Assembly (NCBI GenBank): GCA_964525655.1
Contig: CAZGHZ010000002.1
Span: forward strand, 22,897 to 86,896
Source of the DNA: an uncultured Terracidiphilus sp.
GTDB lineage: Bacteria > Acidobacteriota > Terriglobia > Terriglobales > Acidobacteriaceae
Length of the DNA: 64,000 nt
Direction: 5' to 3'
Below are positions 10,720-18,177 of the stretch, piece after piece. The position numbers and the translations under genes were made by a program. Position 1 is the stretch's first letter; each line of letters opens with the position of its first letter. Below the pieces are notes generated by a model. It saw only the letters and a program-made list of their open reading frames with translations. It did not search any database and was not told the origin of the DNA.

Positions 10720-11331
10720 ATGCCGGATGAGGTGCAGCAGACCTTTGGATTTGCCCTGTATCATGCGCAGGTCGGCTTGCTTCACGCGGCCGCGAAGCCG
10801 CTCAAGGGATTCGGCTCAGCCGGCGTGCTTGAGGTCGCGGAAGACTGGCGCGGCGATGCCTATCGCGCCGTATACACTGTGCGATTCGCAGAGGCAGTTT
10901 ACGTGCTCCACTGCTTCCAGAAGAAGTCGAAACATGGAAGCGAAACTCCCCGCAAGTATATGGACTTGATTCGTGAGCGATTGAAGGAAGCCGAAGCGCT
11001 GGCAAAAAGGAGTCAAGCGATGAAGAATGCAGAAGGCATGAATGTCTATAAGGACCTGGGCTTTCCAGACTCTGAAGAGATGCTGGTGAAGGCGCAATTG
11101 GTGGTGAAGATAGCCCACATTCTGCGCGAGCGTGGATGGAGCCAGCAGCAGGCCGCAACGGTTCTAGGGATGACGCAACCGAAGCTCTCAAAGATGCTGC
11201 GCGGCCAGTTTCGCGGCATCAGCGAAATGAAGATGATGGATTGCCTCGTGCGGCTGGGATGCGCAGTCAAGATCGTTGTCGGCCCCGGGAGCCAAGCCAT
11301 AGAAGACCGCATCGAAGTGGTGGCGGCATAG
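10720..11331 (+). CDS. In-frame fusion ORF: RelE/HigB-type (Gp49/DUF891-like) toxin domain plus XRE-family HTH antitoxin; probably degenerate
   Basis: Residues 1-100 match the toxin family (PDEVQQTFGFALYHAQVG, KPLKGFGSAGVLEVAEDWRGDAYRAVYTVRFAEAVYVLHCFQKKSKHG). Residues 101-203 form an XRE HTH antitoxin (QQQAATVLGMTQPKLSKMLRG). No stop codon separates the two. Conserved toxin sequence (PLHWIGSSKKDLSA) continues in frame upstream of the ATG with no start codon. Confidence 0.7.
   Translation: MPDEVQQTFGFALYHAQVGLLHAAAKPLKGFGSAGVLEVAEDWRGDAYRAVYTVRFAEAVYVLHCFQKKSKHGSETPRKYMDLIRERLKEAEALAKRSQAMKNAEGMNVYKDLGFPDSEEMLVKAQLVVKIAHILRERGWSQQQAATVLGMTQPKLSKMLRGQFRGISEMKMMDCLVRLGCAVKIVVGPGSQAIEDRIEVVAA
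11020..11331 (+). CDS. XRE-family HTH antitoxin (HigA-like), probable independent internal translation start
   Basis: The ATG at 11020 is preceded by AAGGAG (11007-11012) with a 7-nt spacer. It encodes MKNAEGMNVYKDLGFPDSEEML... plus an HTH domain. Confidence 0.6.
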   Translation: MKNAEGMNVYKDLGFPDSEEMLVKAQLVVKIAHILRERGWSQQQAATVLGMTQPKLSKMLRGQFRGISEMKMMDCLVRLGCAVKIVVGPGSQAIEDRIEVVAA

Positions 11332-11346
11332 GGCCCGTCACCGAAC

Positions 11347-11907
11347 CTATCGCGTTCCGATGAACTGCGGTGAGCGGCTCTTGGGAAAGTTGTAGACTTC
11401 CGCAATCCGGTCCATCAGCGCACCGGCCTCAGCCTCGCTGACACCCGAGGCCAGGGTGCGCGTCCAGCCGTTAGCGGTGACGCAGACTTTGCTTCGGGTG
11501 TACCCAGCTCCGTCGCCATTGTTGACCCAGTAGGGCGCAATATAGCGGAGATTCTCCATTCGGCTGGTCTGAAACGTACTCGTGATCAACTCGAAGCCAA
11601 AGACCCTGCGTTGAATTGTCATTTTGGCCGCGGAAAGGGCCACGCGCGTTGTGCCCGCGAGGCTCCAGATCAACCAACCGCCGAAGAGGCACGAGGATAC
11701 CGCCCAACCCACCAGTCCCCACAAATTAGTGGTGGACTGGTCCTCGCCGTTGAGTGCCTTCCGGAGCATGTACACCCCTCCAAAAATCCAGAAAGCCAAC
11801 CATCCGGCCAGGAACAACTCGGTCCATCCCAACGGCGGAGGAATCTCCACGAGAATGCCTTGCTCCGTACGTTCCCACTTGAGTCCACCTGCCATTTGTT
11901 CCAGCAT
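11347..11907 (-). CDS. Hypothetical two-TM membrane protein (paralogue 1)
   Basis: 186-aa ORF: N-terminal LKWERTEQGILVEIP, two hydrophobic helices, C-terminal GVSEAEAGALMDRIAEVYNF. Same architecture as the neighbouring ORF. Confidence 0.55.
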   Translation of the reverse strand: MLEQMAGGLKWERTEQGILVEIPPPLGWTELFLAGWLAFWIFGGVYMLRKALNGEDQSTTNLWGLVGWAVSSCLFGGWLIWSLAGTTRVALSAAKMTIQRRVFGFELITSTFQTSRMENLRYIAPYWVNNGDGAGYTRSKVCVTANGWTRTLASGVSEAEAGALMDRIAEVYNFPKSRSPQFIGTR

Positions 11908-11934
11908 TGTGTGCTCTTTCTGCTTGTCTAAGTC

Positions 11935-12456
11935 TTACCGCGGCTCGATCTTGTGGAAGTTATAGACAGCAGTCATCTTTTCGATCAGGGCGTCAGCCTC
12001 CTGCTCGGTAATCCCAAAGGCGAATTTACGAGCCTTGGAATCTCTATCGATCTCAACCCTGCTGACGTCACTCATGAATAGCCAATCGCCATATTCTGAA
12101 GGGACAAATCGCAGGTTCCGTTGACGGCTGGTTGCGAAGGTATGCTTCCTCACCCCGATCCCCAATACGCGGCTTTGAACTGTCGTTTCAGCAGGGCTCA
12201 AAGTGAGGACGTGTTTGGTGGTGAAGAAGATCATCATCTGCATAACACCGAGGATTAAACCAACCCATATTGTGGCCACTGGCAACGGGCCAGTGACACC
12301 TCCGAGCTTGTCGAAAATTGACACGACACAAAAGGGGAGCGAAATCACGCCCATCCCAGATAAAACCGCCATAAATGGGAACCGCACAGGAATCACCACA
12401 CGAATGCCATTGCCTGTCCGCTCCCACTTGAGCCTGCCAGCCAACTTCTCGAGCAT
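11935..12456 (-). CDS. Hypothetical two-TM membrane protein (paralogue 2)
   Basis: Start moved to the internal ATG (MLEKLAGRLKWERTGNGIRVVIP), which aligns with the start of paralogue 1. C-terminal GITEQEADALIEKMTAVYNF matches paralogue 1. Confidence 0.55.
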   Translation of the reverse strand: MLEKLAGRLKWERTGNGIRVVIPVRFPFMAVLSGMGVISLPFCVVSIFDKLGGVTGPLPVATIWVGLILGVMQMMIFFTTKHVLTLSPAETTVQSRVLGIGVRKHTFATSRQRNLRFVPSEYGDWLFMSDVSRVEIDRDSKARKFAFGITEQEADALIEKMTAVYNFHKIEPR

Positions 12457-12582
12457 CACATTCTCCAGTTGTTTTCCCGATATTACCGCGTCCGGCCCTG
12501 GGGACGACATCGACTTGCAACTGCGCCCACTTCGCCACCGTCACTTTGTTCAGCCAACCAACCTTGTTATCCTTGCTTGCAG

Positions 12583-13383
12583 ATGGAAACTCCAGCGATT
12601 CAGACCCATGGCCTCACCCGGCATTTTGGCGCGCTCACCGCAGTTGAAGACGTGACCCTGAGCGTGGCTCCGGGACAGTTCTTCGGTTTTCTGGGGCCAA
12701 ACGGGGCAGGCAAGTCCACCACCATCAAGATGCTCACCGGCCTGCTGGAGCCAACATCGGGAACCATCGAGATCCTTGGCCAGCCCTTCAGCTCCAGCGC
12801 GCTGGAGCTCAAACGGCAGATCGGCGTGGTGCCCGAAGGAATGGCGCTGCTGGGCCGCCTGACCGCGCCTGAATTCCTCCACTTCGTTGGCCGCATGTAC
12901 GGCCTCGACCGCGAGACCGCTCGCCAGCGCACCGAGGAATTGCTCGACTTTATGAAGCTGGCCGACGAGAGCCGCAAGCTGGTCACCGACTTCTCCCACG
13001 GAATGCAGAAGAAGTTGGCCATGGCCGCCGCAGTGATTCACGGGCCCAAGGTGCTCTTTCTCGACGAGCCCTTTGAAGGTGTCGACGCGATTGCCGCCGG
13101 AATGCTGAAGGCCATGCTGCAAGGAATGCTGAACCGCGGCGCAACCATCTTTCTCACGACCCACGTGTTGGAGATCGTCGAGCGGCTGTGCAGCCACGTG
13201 GCCATCATTTCGCAGGGCCGCCTGGTAGCCAACGGGTCGATCGACGAACTGCGCGCCGGCGTGGCCAGCACGCTGCCCGGCTCGGGTGAGGAGCAGCGCC
13301 TGACCCTGGAAGAGATCTTCCTGTCGATCGTAGGCGCGAGCGGGCAACTGGAGCCGCAACAGGAGCTGTCATGGCTCGCCTAA
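12583..13383 (+). CDS. ABC transporter ATP-binding protein (ABC-2/DrrA-like)
   Basis: Walker A GPNGAGKST, signature-like FSHGMQKKL, Walker B LFLDEP. Start trimmed to the ATG at 12583 (METPAIQTHGLTRHFG). Confidence 0.85.
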   Translation: METPAIQTHGLTRHFGALTAVEDVTLSVAPGQFFGFLGPNGAGKSTTIKMLTGLLEPTSGTIEILGQPFSSSALELKRQIGVVPEGMALLGRLTAPEFLHFVGRMYGLDRETARQRTEELLDFMKLADESRKLVTDFSHGMQKKLAMAAAVIHGPKVLFLDEPFEGVDAIAAGMLKAMLQGMLNRGATIFLTTHVLEIVERLCSHVAIISQGRLVANGSIDELRAGVASTLPGSGEEQRLTLEEIFLSIVGASGQLEPQQELSWLA

Positions 13384-15164
13384 AGGAGGCTGGCGAAAAC
13401 AAGCTTGGCGTGAATGGGCGAGCCGATGGCCCGGAGATCAAAGCCGGCGGCGCGCGAAGCGCACATGCCCGGTCACAGTACGCAGCGATGGCCGCGCTGC
13501 GCTGGCACATCTTCGTTAATGGACTGCGCTCCAAGATGGGCGCTCTTGAATTTGGCATGCGCATGGTGGGATTTGTGATGTATGCCGGATTCGGCCTGGG
13601 CGCCGGAGCGCTGATCGGCGTGAGCGCGTACTTCGTCGCCGCCGAAAAGCAGTGGCAGTTTTTGCCGATCCTGTTTTGGGCGGTGTGCTTTCTCTGGCAA
13701 TTGATTCCGGTGGTGCTGGCCTCGCTTCAGGAGCAGTTCGATCTGAGCATCCTGCTGCGATTTCCGGTGAGCTTCTGGACTTACTTCCTGCTCTACGTGG
13801 TCTTCGGGCTGGCGGATGTCTCGACGATCCTGGGCGCACTCTGCTGCCTGGGACTCTGGATCGGAATCGCCGTGGCGCGGCCGGATCTCCTTGCTTGGAC
13901 GGCGGCCAGCCTGGCTGTCTTTGCGGCCTTCAATATCTTGCTGGCGCGTGCGATTTTTGCCTGGATCGACCGCTGGCTTGCCCAGCGCAAGACGCGAGAG
14001 ATCGTGGGCGCAGTCTTTATGATCCTGATGCTAAGCCTGCAACTGCTCAATCCGGCCTTCCATCAGAGGAAGCATCTGGGGCGCTCCACCGTACAGGACC
14101 GGAACGAGAACTACCGTCGGATGACGGATGAGTATTTGCCTTGGCTCAAGAAAGTCCAGGCGGTGCAGCAGTGGCTGCCGCCGGGGCTTGCCGCTGGAGC
14201 GCTGGCGGAGCCTGGCGCTGCGCGGTCTGGGTCGGCTGTGGGGTCGCTTAGCCTGCTCGGGCTGTATGCGCTGGCTGCGGGAGCCGTGCTGGCGGGGCGT
14301 CTGCGGGGCGAGTTTCATGGAGAGAATCTGGGCCGGGCGCCCAAGAGGAAAAAGGAAGTCTCGGGCCAAGAAAAAACCCCCTCAAGCAGAGCCAGCGTGG
14401 CCTCGCGCGAGGGCCGGGGCTGGTCAGCGGGTTCCGGACCGATCTCCGCACTGCTTGAAAAGGATCTGCGCAATTTGCTGCGCACCCTGCCGCTGCTTTG
14501 GGCTCTGGGCATTCCGGTGCTGATGGTCCTCATCGTTGCCAGCGTCTTTCGCAACGGAGCTGCTGGAGCGGCCAGTCCCTTCACCTTTGCGCTGCCGCTC
14601 TGCGTGGCCTACGCGTTGCTGGGTTTCACGCAGTTCTTCTACAACAATCTCGGCACAGAGGGTGCTGGGATACAATTGCTGTTTCTTTCGCCGACGCCCA
14701 TCCGAACCGTGGTGTTGGCCAAGAATCTCTTTCATGCCATGCTCTTCGGTTTAGACGCGCTGCTGGCAGCGATTCTCACCACGCTCCGGCTGGGCCGGCC
14801 CGGCGGAGCAATGGTGGCAGCCACGGTGGCATGGCTGCTCTTTGCGCTGCCCTGCAACCTGGCGGCGGGCAACATCCTCTCACTAGCCATGCCCTATCGC
14901 GTCAATCCAGGCCGGATCTCGCGGCAACGGGGATCGCAGTCCAATGCGCTGATCAGCCTGCTGATTGAGTTGGCGGTGATGGGCGTGGGTGCCGCAGTCT
15001 TCTCTCTGTCCTGGTACCTGGGTGATCCTTGGATGGCAGTGCCGGTTTTTGTGGCATTGGCTGGGGCAGCGTTTTTTGTCTGGCTGCGCGTGCTCGCGAA
15101 TGTCGACGGGATGGCCAACCGGCGCAGAGATAGTCTGATTGCGACGCTGATGAAAAGCAGTTGA
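13371..15164 (+). CDS. Large polytopic ABC-transporter permease-like membrane protein
   Basis: 597-aa ORF with many hydrophobic helices. It overlaps the ATPase gene by 13 nt, consistent with translational coupling. No specific family was recognised. Confidence 0.6.
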   Translation: MARLKEAGENKLGVNGRADGPEIKAGGARSAHARSQYAAMAALRWHIFVNGLRSKMGALEFGMRMVGFVMYAGFGLGAGALIGVSAYFVAAEKQWQFLPILFWAVCFLWQLIPVVLASLQEQFDLSILLRFPVSFWTYFLLYVVFGLADVSTILGALCCLGLWIGIAVARPDLLAWTAASLAVFAAFNILLARAIFAWIDRWLAQRKTREIVGAVFMILMLSLQLLNPAFHQRKHLGRSTVQDRNENYRRMTDEYLPWLKKVQAVQQWLPPGLAAGALAEPGAARSGSAVGSLSLLGLYALAAGAVLAGRLRGEFHGENLGRAPKRKKEVSGQEKTPSSRASVASREGRGWSAGSGPISALLEKDLRNLLRTLPLLWALGIPVLMVLIVASVFRNGAAGAASPFTFALPLCVAYALLGFTQFFYNNLGTEGAGIQLLFLSPTPIRTVVLAKNLFHAMLFGLDALLAAILTTLRLGRPGGAMVAATVAWLLFALPCNLAAGNILSLAMPYRVNPGRISRQRGSQSNALISLLIELAVMGVGAAVFSLSWYLGDPWMAVPVFVALAGAAFFVWLRVLANVDGMANRRRDSLIATLMKSS

Positions 15165-15166
15165 TA

Positions 15167-15335
15167 GGGAACAGGGAATAGAAGGACCCTGGATGGGCAT
15201 GCGGCTCTCGATGTTGACGCGGGAGATTCCTGGCCCTATCTCGATGTGGGATGGCGAGCAATCGGACCACTTTAAGTGAACCCAGCCATTATGCCCGCGG
15301 TCACCGGCCGATCCTAATCCCTAATCCCTGTTCCC
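15167..15335. repeat. Inverted repeat bracketing the whole permease/ssb convergent intergenic region
   Basis: gggaacagggaat (15167-15179) versus aatccctgttccc (15323-15335) match 12/13 as an inverted repeat. The arms lie 3 and 6 nt from the two stop codons. Confidence 0.45.
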
Positions 15336-15340
15336 TGCAT

Positions 15341-15829
15341 TTAGAAGGGTATGTCGTCGTCGGAGATCTCCGTCTGTTGCACGTAATCGTCCGAGCCGCC
15401 CGCGGCCGCCGGGGGGCGCTGGTCGAAGTTGGCCGAAGAACTGGAGGAACTCGCCGCCTTACTGTATCCCCCTCCGCCACTCGCGCCATCCTCGCGGCCT
15501 GAAAGCAGCGACAGGTCACTGACGATGATTTCGGTCCGGTAGACCTTCTTCTTAGTGTCCTTGTCCTCCCAAGTACGCGTGTTCAGCCGGCCCTCGACAA
15601 ACAACTTGCTGCCTTTCTTGACGTAATCCCTCACAATCTCGGCCAATTTGGAGTAGGCGACGACGTTGTGCCACTCGGTTTTGTCGGTCCAGTTTCCGGA
15701 CGCGTCCTTTTGCCGTTCGCTGGTCGCCAAGCCGAAGTTGGCAACCATCGTGCCGTTGGGAGTGGCGCGGATCTCGGGATCCTTGCCCACATTTCCTAAA
15801 AGAAAGACCTTGTTCACGCTTCGTGCCAT
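15341..15829 (-). CDS. ssb: Single-stranded DNA-binding protein
   Basis: MARSVNKVFLLGNVGKDPEIR, an OB-fold core, a Gly/Ser-rich linker and the acidic tail DDDIPF. Start set at ATG 15829. Confidence 0.92.
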   Translation of the reverse strand: MARSVNKVFLLGNVGKDPEIRATPNGTMVANFGLATSERQKDASGNWTDKTEWHNVVAYSKLAEIVRDYVKKGSKLFVEGRLNTRTWEDKDTKKKVYRTEIIVSDLSLLSGREDGASGGGGYSKAASSSSSSANFDQRPPAAAGGSDDYVQQTEISDDDIPF

Positions 15830-15917
15830 GTTGTTCGACTCCAATCATCGAGAAGAATAACAGAGGAGAGGCGTGGACGGGCGGTGGAGTCAAGTTGACC
15901 AGGCCCTATTTCTCACT

Positions 15918-15954
15918 GGCCCCCTTGACGGTGGCCGCCGTGGTCAAGGGGGCC
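15918..15954 (-). terminator. Stem-loop downstream of the amidohydrolase gene (possible terminator)
   Basis: 12-bp perfect stem ggcccccttgac / gtcaagggggcc with a 13-nt loop, 25 nt after the stop at 15979. No clear U-tract. Confidence 0.35.
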
Positions 15955-15978
15955 GAGAGTAAATAGCAGTCTCCAGGG

Positions 15979-17826
15979 CTAGAAATCCGCAACTTCATTT
16001 TCCGCTTCATCGCCGTCGCCATAATTGCCATCGCCGAAATTGAGTGGAGGCTGGGGAATCATGGCAACGGCCTTTTCCGGCGCTGTGTAGACCTTTTGGC
16101 CTCCCATGTAAGTTGCTTCGAGGACGATGTCCTTAATCGTATCGGGCGCGACCTTGCGCGGATCCTTTTGGAGAACCACAAAATCCGCCAGTTTTCCTGC
16201 AGCGATCGAGCCCTTGGTCTTCTCCTCGAATGTGGCGTAGGCTCCGTCGAGCGTCCAGACTTTGATCGCCTCATCGACGCTGACCTTCTGGTTTTCTCCA
16301 ACCGCGACTCCCTGGGAGCTCTTGCGCGTCACCATGTCCTGGATTCGCAGCAAAGGATAGGCCGCCGAGATTGGGGAATCGGAATGGCCGGCAACATGGA
16401 TGCCCATGTCGATCGCGGTGCGATAGGCGTGCATTGTCGCGAGACGCTCCGGTCCGTACGAGGCAAGGATATTCCCGTACTCCCACATATAGGAATGAAA
16501 AACCAGAATCACGCCGTCCTTCTTGGCGCGATCGAGCAGTGCCTGGTTCATCACGCTTGCGTGTTCAATGCGCCAGCGGGCATCGGGACGGGGGTTCTTG
16601 GCCGCAGCTCTTTCGATGGCCGTGAGCATCATGTCGATTTCGCGGTCGCCATTGGAGTGAGTCGCAACCTGCCACCCGGCGTCCCACCACTTCTGAACAT
16701 CCTCGTCGAGTTTCTCCTGATTCCGCGCCGGGGGGATGCCGAAGTAATTGGGCCGGTCGGAGTACGACTGACTCAGCCATGCGGTACGCCCACTGAGCGA
16801 GTTGCCTTGAAAGTTTTTGAGCGACGAGATGCGAAGACGATCGTCGCCGAAGCCGCGCTCTATTCCCGCTGCCGAGAGCTCGTCGAAAGATCCCACAGAG
16901 AACATGAACCCGACCCGGACCGGATTTCCCTGATCCCGCAACTCCTGCATCATGCGGAAGGAAGACGGGCTCCCTCCGGCAATCCCCACGCTGGTGATGC
17001 CCCTTGCCGAGTATTGCCGGAAGCAGTTCAGGTAGCCTTGAAGCTCCTGGTCGTGCGGGATCGCCATTCTGTCATTGGAGCCGGCATCGCGCTGATCGCG
17101 GCCCGCTGGCTTTGCGTCGGAGCTGCCTGCCTTTTCATCGGAGCTGCCGCTGCGCTGTTCGCGGCGGCCTCTGGAAAGCACACTGCGCCCGCTTTCACGC
17201 AAAACGCCGTTGGGGGTGCCGTCGGGATCGCGGTCAAGAGCGCCGCCCGGCGGATCCGCCGTCTCCTTAGTCACGCCGGCTGCCTCCAGCATGAAGCTGT
17301 TCACAACGGTGATGTGGCCGGAGCCGTGAGTGATCGACACAGGCTGGGTCGTCGAGACCTTATCCAGGTCGTGCCGGTTGGGATGACGGCCCAGCGAAAC
17401 ATCGTTGTATCCATATCCATTAATCGCTTTGCCTGGAGGAGTGATCGCGGCCTTCCGCTTCAGCGCGGCGACAAGGTCGTCCATGGTCTTGACCCGGTCG
17501 GCGCCGAGCCACACCCTGTAATACGGCGAGTCCTCATCGAAGATGGCCTGCGGATGCAGGTGCGCATCGTTGAACCCCGGAGTCACCGTCATTCCCTTGA
17601 GGTCGATGATCTGGGTAGTGGGCGTCTTAAGCTTGAGGATCTCGGCGTTTGTTCCAACCGCGGTGAATCGTCCGTTATCGATGGCAAAGGCCTGAGCCGC
17701 GGGATGCGCGGCATCGACAGTTATCACATTGGCGTTGATCACGATAGTTTCGGCGGCGCGCGCCATGGTCGCAAAGTATGCGAAGCCGGCAATCAGCGCG
17801 AAGCACAAACAAAGTCGTCTGCTCAT
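15979..17826 (-). CDS. Secreted amidohydrolase-family metallohydrolase (Amidohydro_3-like)
   Basis: Signal peptide. Motifs PGFNDAHLHP, HSNGDREID and GHSDSP, and the C-terminal GSIAAGKLADFVVL typical of the family. Contains a low-complexity insert. Confidence 0.8.
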   Translation of the reverse strand: MSRRLCLCFALIAGFAYFATMARAAETIVINANVITVDAAHPAAQAFAIDNGRFTAVGTNAEILKLKTPTTQIIDLKGMTVTPGFNDAHLHPQAIFDEDSPYYRVWLGADRVKTMDDLVAALKRKAAITPPGKAINGYGYNDVSLGRHPNRHDLDKVSTTQPVSITHGSGHITVVNSFMLEAAGVTKETADPPGGALDRDPDGTPNGVLRESGRSVLSRGRREQRSGSSDEKAGSSDAKPAGRDQRDAGSNDRMAIPHDQELQGYLNCFRQYSARGITSVGIAGGSPSSFRMMQELRDQGNPVRVGFMFSVGSFDELSAAGIERGFGDDRLRISSLKNFQGNSLSGRTAWLSQSYSDRPNYFGIPPARNQEKLDEDVQKWWDAGWQVATHSNGDREIDMMLTAIERAAAKNPRPDARWRIEHASVMNQALLDRAKKDGVILVFHSYMWEYGNILASYGPERLATMHAYRTAIDMGIHVAGHSDSPISAAYPLLRIQDMVTRKSSQGVAVGENQKVSVDEAIKVWTLDGAYATFEEKTKGSIAAGKLADFVVLQKDPRKVAPDTIKDIVLEATYMGGQKVYTAPEKAVAMIPQPPLNFGDGNYGDGDEAENEVADF

Positions 17827-18060
17827 GGATCTCTCCAGTCCGTTGAGGCGATATCCTCAGGTCCCCAGGACATATTTGCATTCCCGTATGTAGCGATAGT
17901 AACGAGTCGCTGAGCGCGAAGTGTGAACGCGGAATGAAAGGATGCGCGTTTAAGCGCAATCAACGCAGGATCGATTTGGTTGGGTATCGCCAAGGTCTTC
18001 AGGGACGTATCCGAGCGGGGTTCTTGGACCTGATCCGTAAATTGAGAAAGGGAGGCAGCG

Positions 18061-18154
18061 CCGGTCTCCGGACCGGCTGTACTGGCGACGTCCACGCCGC
18101 CAGACTTCGCCTGTGGGTCTGGAGACCCGCAGGACAGCCGACCTGGAGGTCGGC
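18061..18154. repeat. Cluster of three short GGTC/GACC palindromic hairpins downstream of the MFS gene
   Basis: ccggtc-tccg-gaccgg (18061-18076), gggtc-tgga-gaccc (18115-18128) and gccgacc-tgga-ggtcggc (18137-18154). Confidence 0.5.
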
Positions 18155-18177
18155 ACTACCGATTTACAGATAGGCTC

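Noticed and set aside
15311-15330. Telomere-like or CRISPR-like short tandem repeat cctaatccctaatccc.
   Set aside because: It has only two copies of a 7-mer, with no spacer architecture and no cas genes. I treated it as part of the inverted-repeat-flanked intergenic element.
16096-17913. 605-aa ORF on the plus strand, opposite the amidohydrolase gene. Similar long antisense ORFs occur at 7444-8838, 8616-9707, 4288-5274, 12550-13359, 23872-24876, 28062-28907, 36265-37125, 40872-41744, 43583-44491, 44353-45168 and 63283-63852.
   Set aside because: All lie antisense to ORFs with strong family signatures. They have Arg/Gly/Ala/His-rich low-information composition typical of shadow ORFs in GC-rich DNA, and no recognisable motifs.
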